DNA from: a virus
DNA: 64,000 nt
IMG/VR virus record: IMGVR_UViG_3300045988_153285
Span: 1 to 64,000 of that record
Strand: one strand, 5' to 3'
Shown: one piece after another, positions 1-9,471 of the stretch
Layout of the letters: every line of letters begins with the position of its first letter
Numbering within the stretch: position 1 is the stretch's first letter
Made by a program: the position numbers and the translations under genes
The notes under the pieces: model-generated
What the model was told of the DNA's origin: nothing
What the model saw: the letters and a program-made list of their open reading frames with translations, nothing else
Databases searched by the model: none

Positions 1-250
1 CAGTTTCGACTATGTACCTATCTCATAGTCTACTCTACTCGGTTACTCAATATAAACTAGCTTTAATTTATATTTACCCTTTCGATGTCCTCTAAATCTT
101 GTTTTTGACAAGACACGGTATTACCATATCCATATAGGACTTAGGCTCTCTTACCACCTTAGCCTTTTGGCTTAGTTGACCGTTAGCATTACTATTAAAG
201 TAACACACCCCTTGGTAGGGTTTATGGGTTTTACAACGGCAATCCTATTT
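1..250 (-). ncRNA. candidate group I intron, 5' portion (runs off window start), interrupting the tape measure gene
   Basis: All three minus frames are closed in 1-171. The segment is visibly richer in G/C than its flanks, with hairpins at 161-172, 97-113 and 8-30. Exon end ACGGU (255-251) can pair with GCCGU (240-236), leaving a terminal U-G wobble as in a P1 helix. Confidence 0.3.
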
Positions 251-1683
251 ACCGTATTCGAGTCTCTCATTACTTCTGTCCCTGCTATAATTAACGAACT
301 GGCCTGTTCTAAATCATTGTTTGCTGTTGCTAATGACGCACCGCCAACTCTAAGTCCTTCGGTTAAATCAGCTGTGGTTAACGCAAATCTATTACCACTT
401 TCATTTAAAATATCTACTACTTTAGTTGTTTCTTCAGCCTCTAATCTAAAGCCTTTTAAAATAGATACCAATGATGATGCCGCGTCAGATGCACTCATAT
501 CACCAACATTGCTTAATATCAACGCCATTTGACTCATATACTCACTTGCCTGTTCAAAAGTATAGCCAAGTTGACTGAATGTCGTGGTTGCTTCAATAGC
601 ACCGCTTGTAGTTGTTCCTAATGTTATTGCCGTCTCATTTGCCGTTTTCATAAAGTTAGAATAAGTTGCCTCAGTTTCTTCTGTAACCCTTCTCAAATCA
701 CGCATCGCTGTATCTAACTCTAATGCGGTATTAAAAGCGTCCCTCATACTATTCATAACGGCATATACAGCCGAACCACCTATTGCATAACTAAATATAC
801 TTCTCATAGTAGTTGATAATCCACTGGCAGTAGTATTTACATTTCTAAATTCACCTTCTAGTGTTCTAACTGAGCTAGTTGCCTGATTTATAGAAGAAGT
901 AATCTTCTTACCATCTATAATATCTCCACCTTGCAACTGTGATAACATATTTTTCAAGTTATTTACTTCATTCTCAGCTTGTTTTATTTCATTTATCTCA
1001 TTTACATCTATAACATCTATTTTATTTTTTTTAATATTAGCTATTCTTTCTTGTAGTCTAGTAATGCTACTTTGAAGTCTCACAATACCAGAATCAGAAC
1101 TACTTAAATTATTGATAGCATTTCTAAGTTCATTAAACTCTTTCTCGGGTGTATTCGTATCAATTGAGTTTAGCTTTGTTTGAAGATTTGTTAAAACAGA
1201 ATCATCAATAAAACTGTTCCCTTTAGCTACATTTAATTTATTTTGCAATTGCGCTTTTAAATTTTCAAATTGAGATATATTTTCAGTAACTACCTGCTTT
1301 GTTACCTGCCCGTTTCTAATAACTTCGCTAGTGGTTTGTGCTATTCCATCCTTGTATTTATTAATTTCACTTAAACCGTTCTTGTCTGCTATTATGCTAG
1401 TGCTAGATAAATTCTTACTAGACATTCTTGTAAGCTCCGAATTTAAATCTTTGACAGCATCTTTTGCTTTATTTACTCCACTAGCAGTATTATCAAATGT
1501 ACTTCCGTTTACATTATTTAATGTAGATTTTAATTTATTTAACTCTTTACTTATGCCATTAACTACACTTTTAAAATTTCCACCATTTATATTTAAATCA
1601 TGACCTTTTTTTAATAATTGATTTAATTCTTTTTGAAAACCACTTTTATCAAGTTTCGCTGATATTCGTATTTGCTTAGCCAC
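172..1683 (-). CDS. tail tape measure protein, N-terminal part (TP901-type core, apparently truncated or interrupted near 251)
   Basis: 503-aa ORF with a coiled-coil N-half. The C-half reads like a tape-measure core (LGTTTSGAIEATTTFSQLGY, AASSLVSILKGF, LTEGLRVGGASLA, GTEVMRDSNTV). The last ~26 codons look like non-homologous read-through. Confidence 0.75.
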   Translation of the reverse strand: MAKQIRISAKLDKSGFQKELNQLLKKGHDLNINGGNFKSVVNGISKELNKLKSTLNNVNGSTFDNTASGVNKAKDAVKDLNSELTRMSSKNLSSTSIIADKNGLSEINKYKDGIAQTTSEVIRNGQVTKQVVTENISQFENLKAQLQNKLNVAKGNSFIDDSVLTNLQTKLNSIDTNTPEKEFNELRNAINNLSSSDSGIVRLQSSITRLQERIANIKKNKIDVIDVNEINEIKQAENEVNNLKNMLSQLQGGDIIDGKKITSSINQATSSVRTLEGEFRNVNTTASGLSTTMRSIFSYAIGGSAVYAVMNSMRDAFNTALELDTAMRDLRRVTEETEATYSNFMKTANETAITLGTTTSGAIEATTTFSQLGYTFEQASEYMSQMALILSNVGDMSASDAASSLVSILKGFRLEAEETTKVVDILNESGNRFALTTADLTEGLRVGGASLATANNDLEQASSLIIAGTEVMRDSNTVNRIAVVKPINPTKGCVTLIVMLTVN

Positions 1684-1732
1684 TTAAACACATCCTTTCT
1701 TTAAATATAAAAAGAGTGCTTAAAATAGCACT

Positions 1733-2254
1733 CTACTTAACTTCCTTTAATTTATTTTCTAATTCTTCTCTCTTATTTGCATTGTTTATAAGATCTTCCC
1801 AAGATATATTCATCTTGTATTTCTTATTAAACTTATCCCATTTATTTCTTAATTTATCTACATCTCCATTAGTATCTAGAGCGTTAATTATATCAGTCAT
1901 AAATTTAATATTTCTTGTAGTTTGATATATAACATCTTCAGCTACTTCATTTAATAACAACTCAATTTCTCTCATTAGCAATTGTAATTCTCTATCGCCA
2001 TTATCTAATAAAGATTCTAATTCTTTGTCTGTAAGTTCATCTATGCTACTCCCTATATTAGTTAATTCTTTAATAGTATATCTTATAGACTTTAATCCAA
2101 GTTCCGCAACCAATTTATCATTTTCTATCTTAGAATTTTCAGTTATTATATTCATTAATTCTTCTCTTTGATAATCAGTTGGTTCGTACAACTTAAAATC
2201 TTTACTCTCATGTCTAATTTCTTTTTTTTGATGTTTTTTTAATAATTCACTCAT
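1733..2254 (-). CDS. hypothetical acidic protein (positional candidate tail assembly chaperone)
   Basis: 173-aa ORF directly upstream of the tape measure gene and co-oriented with it. Junction motif and RBS lie at 2255-2281. Confidence 0.5.
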   Translation of the reverse strand: MSELLKKHQKKEIRHESKDFKLYEPTDYQREELMNIITENSKIENDKLVAELGLKSIRYTIKELTNIGSSIDELTDKELESLLDNGDRELQLLMREIELLLNEVAEDVIYQTTRNIKFMTDIINALDTNGDVDKLRNKWDKFNKKYKMNISWEDLINNANKREELENKLKEVK

Positions 2255-2281
2255 TATATCTCTCCTTTTATTTGTTAATTT

Positions 2282-2713
2282 TTACAACCAATCTTTTAAA
2301 TCTTTATATATTGCATTTTCTACTTCACTACTAGAATCTATTTCTTCCTGAGTCCATTCATACACTGGTCTTTTTCCTGGTTTTCTACTCCAGTTATATT
2401 TTGCCTCCTCAATATATGTATCAAGTCTATCTCCTCTATTATCACCATTTGCCAATGTTTCATTAGTCATTATATATTCAAAGGAATCACCTGTTTCATC
2501 TACTCTACTTTCTAAGTTGCTCTCATCACCAAAACCTTTGTCATCATATCTTCTTTTATAATATGTAGGTGAATATGAATCATACATTTTTTCAACATTA
2601 CGTTTATATACTTTTTTAACTACTTTATCTACACTTGTAAGTATAGAAGTAGTTAATTCTTCTTCCAAATCTGAAAATAGTTCAAATTCATCATCATATA
2701 TTCTTTTTCCCAT
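2282..2713 (-). CDS. hypothetical protein
   Basis: 143-aa ORF, co-oriented in the structural block. Confidence 0.55.
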   Translation of the reverse strand: MGKRIYDDEFELFSDLEEELTTSILTSVDKVVKKVYKRNVEKMYDSYSPTYYKRRYDDKGFGDESNLESRVDETGDSFEYIMTNETLANGDNRGDRLDTYIEEAKYNWSRKPGKRPVYEWTQEEIDSSSEVENAIYKDLKDWL

Positions 2714-2760
2714 ACATACCTCCTGATTTTATGCATAATAAAAGAGTGGTGTGTTCCACT

Positions 2761-3114
2761 CTAAAATAAACTCATAGTTAAAATTCTATAGTAATTATCA
2801 TCTATTTCTATTAAAGAACTCTTTTTATCTTTAAATTTAATCATAATTTTATGTGTAATATTATTTTTAGCAGTAACCGAACCTGCAATAGCTCCTATAC
2901 TCCCAGCAAGTACACCACCAACCAAAGTTCTTTTTATCATGTTTGCTGTATTTTTATTAGTATCAGAACTTACCACTATATAGTCTTCCACAGTTCTTTT
3001 ACTAATAGGAACATTTACACGTCCGTTTTCTATTATCAACATCTTGTTCTGAACATTGCTTATTTTACACCCTAAATAATCGCCATTTACTACTTTGTTT
3101 TGCATAGATAACAT
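2761..3114 (-). CDS. hypothetical membrane protein
   Basis: 117-aa ORF with one Gly/Ala-rich hydrophobic segment (LVGGVLAGSIGAIAGSV). Confidence 0.5.
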   Translation of the reverse strand: MLSMQNKVVNGDYLGCKISNVQNKMLIIENGRVNVPISKRTVEDYIVVSSDTNKNTANMIKRTLVGGVLAGSIGAIAGSVTAKNNITHKIMIKFKDKKSSLIEIDDNYYRILTMSLF

Positions 3115-3168
3115 ATTCTCCCCTTCATATGATATTGTGTATATTATACCATATTTGAAGAGTTTATG

Positions 3169-4676
3169 TTAATTATTTTCTACATACTTAAATGTAAAAC
3201 CTTTATGGGTTCTTTGTTTGTTTTTTATTGTTGCAGATATAGAACTATGATTTAGTTGGGTTTTAAATAGTTTTAAACTCACTCTCTCCACTTCAGTTAA
3301 AGAGTTAAACACTCCTAATGAAATTCCATATTTAAAAACTTCTACCCTTCTACCTAACGATGATTTTATTTTTTCACCACTTCTTCTTCTTTCTTCTTCT
3401 TTATTATATACACATAAATTTAAATCATGTCCTTTTTTTAGGTATCGTAATATTGTACTTCGACTTAGTCCGAACAATTTTATTAAATCCTCTGTAGTCT
3501 CTGTTTCTCCTCTGTTATTCCAATAATCCCATATCTCTTTTGCTTTATTATTTTTTATAGCATATAAATCAGCCTGTATCCAATTAATATTACTTAAATC
3601 AAATATATCACTCAATTTACTATTTAATATACTATTTTTAATATATTCTAATTCACTCTTACAACAATCAATTCTAATGGTTTCTACACCATGAAGTTTA
3701 TGTTGTTCATCTTTCCATCTGTCTATTTCAATACACTCTTCTAAGGTTTTCTTTGATTTTCCATGAACAACTCCACCTTTATGTCCTAACCCACCATCAG
3801 CTTCGATAACTAAATTTAAACTAGGTATATAAAAATCACTTCTTTTTTGTGACCTTCTACCATATTCTTCTCTTTTTAGATAATTTGGAGAATATTCTAT
3901 TTGGAATTTTACATTTAACTGAGTTAATATATTGTGTATTATTTTTGACGGATAAGAGAATCCATCTCCACAGTTACATCCAATCGATTTTCTTCTTACC
4001 ACATCTACAATACTACATTTTTTATAGTCCCACAGTCTCTGCATAAAAAATTTCCTTTTCTTTGAATCCCATGAGTATTGGTTTTAGCAAACTCTTCGTC
4101 TAATCCAAAATCATCCACTAGCCATTTATGAGTATCCCATGTAGTATTTATTCCTAGGACAGCGGTTTTATTGGCGCAACACGAACAACCAACACCTCTT
4201 AAAAGATTATTTTCTGGAATCCAACCTTCAGTCCAACTACAAACATTACATGTGTATTTGTACCATTTTTCATTTTTAAAATAAATTCTTCCTTGCTTAT
4301 CTGGTTTCTGTTTCTGTTTTCTATACTCTTTATCTACAATAATTATATTACGATTTTTATCTTTTATATTTTCTCCAATTTTTATCTTGAAATCTTTTGT
4401 TACACTTCCTATTATTTTACCTATATTACCTTTTGTAAATGTATATGTTAATGTTTTAAATATTTCTCCGTTATATCTTAAAAATAAAATGTCATCATGT
4501 TCTTTTCGAATAAATTCAAACTCATTATAACCGTATTTAATATGAGTTGTTTTAAAAATAAAACCTTGCCTTATTTCATTCCAACTAATAATTACCTTAT
4601 TTTTAGATAAATTCTTCTTAGGCAATTCATCATAATTTAATATCTCAAACTTCTTATCCATATTCAATTCTCCCAT
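3169..4676 (-). pseudogene. homing-endonuclease-like gene split by a frameshift (zinc ribbons + PD-(D/E)xK-like core + HTH + NUMOD-like tail)
   Basis: ORFs 4005-4676 and 3169-4044 overlap. The first ends inside a CxxC...CxxC ribbon (FLCRDCGTIK) and the second continues it (KKCSIVDVVRRKSIGCNCG). One extra A in the A6 run (T6 at 4018-4023 on plus) would fuse them. The core reads DFYIP..VIEADGGLGH and the tail reads GFTFKY. Confidence 0.55.
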
Positions 4677-4689
4677 CTATTTATGTATG

Positions 4690-4998
4690 TTAAATCACAT
4701 CTAAAAATATTCTTTCACCATTCTTAAATTTACACATAACCCTATTCCCATACAGGTATGCTTCCTTAAACATCTCTTCTTTATCATATAATTCTTCAAC
4801 TAACTTATTAGTCTGACATCCTTCTAAATACTCAAAGTTTATTTCCTCAACATTTCCATTCTCAATATCATCTAACTTTGTATTCCTTATGACAACCAAA
4901 TCTCTTCCCTCTAGCGTGTCCACTCCTACAGCTACACAAAGAACATCTAAAAAATCAATTTTCACCTTATTATATTTTCTCATTGCTAACCACCTCAT
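4690..4998 (-). CDS. hypothetical protein
   Basis: 102-aa ORF, co-oriented. Confidence 0.5.
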   Translation of the reverse strand: MRWLAMRKYNKVKIDFLDVLCVAVGVDTLEGRDLVVIRNTKLDDIENGNVEEINFEYLEGCQTNKLVEELYDKEEMFKEAYLYGNRVMCKFKNGERIFLDVI

Positions 4999-5129
4999 AA
5001 ATTATTTTGTTTCACTTTATGTATTCATTGTACAATATAGTTTTTATATTGTCAACACTATAATTATTATTTTTTATACACTTTATTTTTTATTTTGCAT
5101 ATATTATAATTAATAAGGAGGTGATATTT

Positions 5130-5339
5130 TTGATAAATATAAAACTTTTAGATATAATTAAAAAAGAAGAAAGATCTTTAAATTGGGTAGCAACTAAAAC
5201 TGGAATATCATATAGTACGTTGCATAAATTAAGTAATAATGATACAAAAAGCATTAGTTTCGAGGTATTAGAGAAACTTTGTAAATTGTTTAATGTAGAT
5301 GTTTGTGACATGATAGAAATTAAAAAAGATGAAAAATAA
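5130..5339 (+). CDS. XRE/Cro-type HTH transcriptional regulator (moron on opposite strand)
   Basis: HTH signature reads RSLNWVATKTGISYSTLHKLSNN. RBS AAGGAGG at 5115-5121 with a TTG start at 5130. The ORF-track start at 5121 overlaps the RBS. Confidence 0.7.
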   Translation: MINIKLLDIIKKEERSLNWVATKTGISYSTLHKLSNNDTKSISFEVLEKLCKLFNVDVCDMIEIKKDEK

Positions 5340-5354
5340 ACCAGAAAATACGAT

Positions 5355-5383
5355 AACTCTGTTTAGGCAGAGTTTTTTTTTGC
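5355..5383 (+). terminator. intrinsic terminator of the XRE gene
   Basis: Stem AACTCTG/CAGAGTT followed by a T9 run. Confidence 0.7.
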
Positions 5384-5384
5384 A

Positions 5385-5459
5385 TAATAAAAAGAAAAAG
5401 AAAGGGAATATAATTTAAGAACTTTATGTCAATTCTCTATTATATTCCCTCCTTAAATT
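5385..5459 (-). terminator. long hairpin with T-rich tail on the minus strand (end of the tail-fibre transcription unit)
   Basis: 11-bp stem GGGAATATAAT (5404-5414) / ATTATATTCCC (5449-5459). The minus-strand tail is CTTTCTTTTTCTTTTT. Confidence 0.45.
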
Positions 5460-5527
5460 ATTTTAATTTTCTAATAAAAAGCAACTTTTATTTGTATATT
5501 ATTTATATTTTTACATATGATATTAAT

Positions 5528-5617
5528 GTAATATGCACACTCGTTATGATAGCTTATACACATATTACGATTAGACTCTATTCCTAGAACGAAATTTGGA
5601 ACAGAGTCTATTTTTTA
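5528..5617 (+). ncRNA. candidate small RNA (two hairpins + U-tail)
   Basis: 8-bp stem at 5528-5535/5561-5568 and 13-bp stem at 5572-5584/5598-5610, followed by T6. No ORF. Possible TTGTAT-18-TATGAT promoter at 5492-5521. Confidence 0.35.
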
Positions 5618-5641
5618 CGAACAATATTAATCAATGGCGAT

Positions 5642-7402
5642 CTACATTAATTGTATTATATATGAAAATACCCTATTTGCTCCACCTATGTTTAATGTAA
5701 TAGTTGTAGCATCAATAGAAACTCCTGTTATTGTAGCTTCGGTAGGGGTAGCCACTAAGTTTTTTCTTGAATACTCTGCTAAATATGAGTTTGCACCATC
5801 ACCTAGTGACCCAAGTAGTAAGATATATTCAATTATACTTTGACCGTAATTAAATAAAGTAATTTTAAGTGGAGTGTTTCTCCAGTGTTCAGTATTATGG
5901 TACACCCCATCTAGTTTTAAATTTTTTAATAGAGTATTTTTATTAATATCTATACTTGTTATTTGTGTGGGGGTTGTTGAATAAGTTTCGTGTGATAAAC
6001 CATAATAAAAATTTTTATTTTCATTTAAATTTTTTATATCTAACATTTGTTTGTAGTTTTCATATGACATAAACTCAATTCCATTTAGAACAACTTCGCC
6101 ACCTTGAGCCGTTATTTTAATAGTGTGCCAACCTTTACTAGCTATTTTTAATACTTGTAGATTTTTGTTTAGTATATCAACTTTAGAGTAATTTCCTTTA
6201 CCACTATATGTTGTATATACTGCATTATTTTCTGTTAACTTATTAGCAGTATATACTGCTCCATCTAAACTATTTTTAGGTTGTTGATTTCCGTAATCAA
6301 GTTCAACGTAAAATTTACCAGTTTGAGTTGTTATATAAGCGTATGGTATTATAACTAAATCATCAATTTCAGAATAAAAAGAATATATAACACATTGTTC
6401 GGGTGGTATTCTAGCCACAATACCCTTTCCGTTTATAATTTCGTTCGGTGTTCCTGCACTTGTTTCATTATCAAAATAGGAAGTTCCACAATATACTATA
6501 TTATCTATCGTTGGTCTTGTTAATACTTTTGAACCATCATTAATTCTTAAAGGTTTTTCTATGTTTTCACTAACTAATAGTGCCGATACTTTAGCCCCAA
6601 AGATAGAATATCCTATACCATTGAAATGTGTAGTATCACAGTAGATTGAAGAATCATAGTTTCGCATAAATAATTCGCTATCAATCACAGGTACACAATA
6701 CTTTTTTCCCAATAAATCTAAAGCGTTTCTAAATGTATCAACATCTAAATCACTAGCACTTGCCAATTTTGGAGCTTTTAATATAATAACTCCTTTACCC
6801 CACAAAATTTCCCTTATTATAAGTTGTTCATACCATTGAATAAATTCTTTTAAATTTCCTCGTATATCAGCAGGAACCCAAGAAGCTCTACTATCATTGG
6901 TATCATACATTAATATAGTTAAATCAGAATTATGTTTTTTATTGTATCTTTCGTAACCTGCTTTAACCCAGTCCCCACTATAACCTCTATTTATAACATT
7001 TACCTGTTGTCCAAAGGTAAATTTAAGATTGTTTCTTAGTGCTTCGGGATAAGTTTTACTTGCTATTTCTTGTGAACTAGTAGGTTCTCCGCTAACATGT
7101 GTTGTATCACTTGTAACAGGTCTTTTATTACTCGAAATCGTATCTTGACCATTTGTTAAACTATTCCCCATACAACATATTTGACATGCTTCTTTTTTTC
7201 TTAACTTTCTAAAAAATGATGCATAATTTAATGTTTGTAATGTTCTTATTTTTTCTATATCAATATACTGATTAACTTTATATGATGTTCCGTCTATATC
7301 ACTAACAAGTTTTAACGTTGCAATATTATCCAATTGTTCGTTAACTTTTATTATATCATTATCGTGCTTATTTACTTTTTTAACTAATTTTTCTGTATTC
7401 AT
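5642..7402 (-). CDS. tail fibre/receptor-interacting protein with SGNH (GDSL-like) esterase domain
   Basis: Block I reads CCMGNSLTNG, block III reads MYDTNDS, block V reads DTTHFN. Coiled-coil N-terminus and a beta-rich C-terminal domain. Confidence 0.65.
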   Translation of the reverse strand: MNTEKLVKKVNKHDNDIIKVNEQLDNIATLKLVSDIDGTSYKVNQYIDIEKIRTLQTLNYASFFRKLRKKEACQICCMGNSLTNGQDTISSNKRPVTSDTTHVSGEPTSSQEIASKTYPEALRNNLKFTFGQQVNVINRGYSGDWVKAGYERYNKKHNSDLTILMYDTNDSRASWVPADIRGNLKEFIQWYEQLIIREILWGKGVIILKAPKLASASDLDVDTFRNALDLLGKKYCVPVIDSELFMRNYDSSIYCDTTHFNGIGYSIFGAKVSALLVSENIEKPLRINDGSKVLTRPTIDNIVYCGTSYFDNETSAGTPNEIINGKGIVARIPPEQCVIYSFYSEIDDLVIIPYAYITTQTGKFYVELDYGNQQPKNSLDGAVYTANKLTENNAVYTTYSGKGNYSKVDILNKNLQVLKIASKGWHTIKITAQGGEVVLNGIEFMSYENYKQMLDIKNLNENKNFYYGLSHETYSTTPTQITSIDINKNTLLKNLKLDGVYHNTEHWRNTPLKITLFNYGQSIIEYILLLGSLGDGANSYLAEYSRKNLVATPTEATITGVSIDATTITLNIGGANRVFSYIIQLM

Positions 7403-7477
7403 TTTTTTTAAATTCCTCCTTTATTTAGTTAATTTCCTCCCATGAACATAGAAGGAGGAATCAATAAAATTATCATT

Positions 7478-8545
7478 TTACTTTAATATATTTCTTGATA
7501 AAGGTGTCATATAACATTCACCTGTTTCAATGTTGTTTATATGTATATTTGCTTTTATTAATATCTTATAATTTATATCATCAATATTTAAGCTGTCTAC
7601 TATAGCACCATCTTTTATAAATGCAATACTTGAAGTGAGCTGTTTACCTTGTATCGAGATATCAATAATAGTAGACATTCTAGCTTTTATTACTGGTTTG
7701 CTACCAACTACTTCTTGGTAGAATACTATATGCCCTGTACAACTTTGAACAATTAACTGTGATGAAGAACATCCGCTAACATGAAAGTCATAAGCCGATC
7801 TTACTAATTCACTTGCTACAACTTCAATTGGATTAGTTTCAAATCCTATAGTAGTAGAACCACTTATCTCTATTGGTTTTAATTTTGTATTCCTCACAAG
7901 CTGGTAGTTAACAGTTTCTTCAACTCCATCTATTCTGTTTTGTATAGATTTTTCAAATTCAGTAACAATATTATCTACCTCATTTGTTTTAACTATTACC
8001 TTGTTATCCAAATCTTTTATGGAATTATCAATTAAAGTTTCACCCTGTTCTAATCTATTATTTATATTTGAAATTCTAGTATTAAAATCTTCTAGTTTTA
8101 ACTCAGTTTCTTCTATTATTTTATTTAATTTTATTAATGTATCTATTTGTTCTGCAGCATTTATCATTTCATCTGATATTAAAGTTGAATTTGTTACATA
8201 TAAGAAACTTTGAGTTGTTATATTTTGATCTATATCTCTTATTATTAACTGTCCGATATTTACACCTAATGAATTTATACAACTATCTTTACACACGATA
8301 GTTACTACATTTTCAAAAATAGATATTCCACCTTCTTCAAATTTGTGAATTATAGGGGTATTATTTTCTTGATTAGCCACAACTAAATCAATTTGACAAT
8401 TAGTTAAATCTTTAAGTTGACCATCTTCTATCACTGATATTTTAAGAGTTATATCATCTCCATAATTAAATACTAAATTGCTTTTTAATAATTTGGTTGC
8501 CTTTGTATCTAAAGAAAATGAATAGTGTTTCGATATATCTTGCAT
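7478..8545 (-). CDS. baseplate upper protein (BppU-like) candidate
   Basis: The N-terminal Ig-like segment resembles BppU_N, followed by a long coiled coil. It lies in the tail module. Confidence 0.4.
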   Translation of the reverse strand: MQDISKHYSFSLDTKATKLLKSNLVFNYGDDITLKISVIEDGQLKDLTNCQIDLVVANQENNTPIIHKFEEGGISIFENVVTIVCKDSCINSLGVNIGQLIIRDIDQNITTQSFLYVTNSTLISDEMINAAEQIDTLIKLNKIIEETELKLEDFNTRISNINNRLEQGETLIDNSIKDLDNKVIVKTNEVDNIVTEFEKSIQNRIDGVEETVNYQLVRNTKLKPIEISGSTTIGFETNPIEVVASELVRSAYDFHVSGCSSSQLIVQSCTGHIVFYQEVVGSKPVIKARMSTIIDISIQGKQLTSSIAFIKDGAIVDSLNIDDINYKILIKANIHINNIETGECYMTPLSRNILK

Positions 8546-8649
8546 GTTTTTAAACTCCTTTCTAATATTTTTCTATGCCATTTATCAATTAACAATTCTT
8601 GCAAACTCATAAATAGCAGGAGGAAATTAATCCTCCTATGTATTAATTA

Positions 8650-9429
8650 TTATTTATCTTCTTCTTCAGCATCTACATAATATGTATAGAATAAAGATGA
8701 ATGATTTGGATGCTTTTCAATAGAGAAAGTATAAGTTTGTGTTTGGTTTTCTCTACTAGTTTGCCCTTCTTCTGAAGTTTCCTTTGATAAGGTAGCTTTA
8801 GGGAAATATCTATACTTGTATTTTACAATTTTAAGATTTGTATCAAATATAGGTTTCTTTTGAAGTATAGAGAATACTAGCGCACTACTTCCATCTCCAC
8901 CTACTTCATAATATACATCCTGAGTTTTTCCCATATAGTTATAGGCACTTACAAAGACACTATCTCCTTCTTTTGCTTCTGCTTGAACTATAGTTAAAGT
9001 TGTTCCGCTAATTGTATATCCTGTAGTTTTTTCTAAAGGCTTATTGTTTAAATATACAACTATCTCATCTTCATCATTTGGTGTTTGTGGTAATGTTATT
9101 GTTTTTTCACTAGCAAGAACATAATTCTTTGGATGAACAAACTTTTTAATTACACCAGTTTTTTCTATTGCCCCCCATTTTGCATTTGATAAATTGATAT
9201 CATTTTTTACAGAAACTAATTCAAGAGTAACTTCTTCTTCTCCAGGAATAGTATAAATAACTTGATTCTTTATACCTCCTCTAACTTTAGTTTCTGAAGC
9301 AGTTTGTGATAAGTTTTCACTTTCAAGTGCATCTAAGAATATTTGCACCCCGTCACTATTTGTTATAACCCAATCACTTACTGAAATTTCTAAAAGGTCT
9401 TCGCCAAAATATTTATTTGCTTGTCCCAT
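8650..9429 (-). CDS. structural protein, possible major tail protein
   Basis: 259-aa beta-rich ORF with a strong RBS. A hairpin lies downstream at 8608-8632. The function is positional only. Confidence 0.35.
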   Translation of the reverse strand: MGQANKYFGEDLLEISVSDWVITNSDGVQIFLDALESENLSQTASETKVRGGIKNQVIYTIPGEEEVTLELVSVKNDINLSNAKWGAIEKTGVIKKFVHPKNYVLASEKTITLPQTPNDEDEIVVYLNNKPLEKTTGYTISGTTLTIVQAEAKEGDSVFVSAYNYMGKTQDVYYEVGGDGSSALVFSILQKKPIFDTNLKIVKYKYRYFPKATLSKETSEEGQTSRENQTQTYTFSIEKHPNHSSLFYTYYVDAEEEDK

Positions 9430-9471
9430 TCAATTTCCTCCTTTATTATTTTAATTTTTATTTAACAATCC

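Noticed and set aside
1-230. Possible kinship between the tape-measure insert and the two large candidate RNAs (shared GGTACATA..TCGA..AAC).
   Set aside because: Only an 8-mer is exact. Chance matches of that length are expected between regions of these sizes, so the elements are kept separate.
176-532. Plus-strand ORFs antisense to the minus-strand late genes: 176-532, 1331-1603, 1716-1925, 2851-3075, 3849-4046, 8001-8213, 10489-10734, 13111-13323, 13819-14202, 14260-14532, 14875-15210, 15358-15600, 15883-16107, 18917-19200, 19708-19968, 20755-20940, 21470-21673, 25624-25845, 26018-26227, 26813-27067, 27499-27979, 29013-29418 and 30003-30230.
   Set aside because: They lie fully inside longer, motif-bearing ORFs on the other strand. 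They have low-complexity Ser/Leu/Phe-rich translations and lack RBSs. These are typical shadow ORFs of AT-rich DNA.
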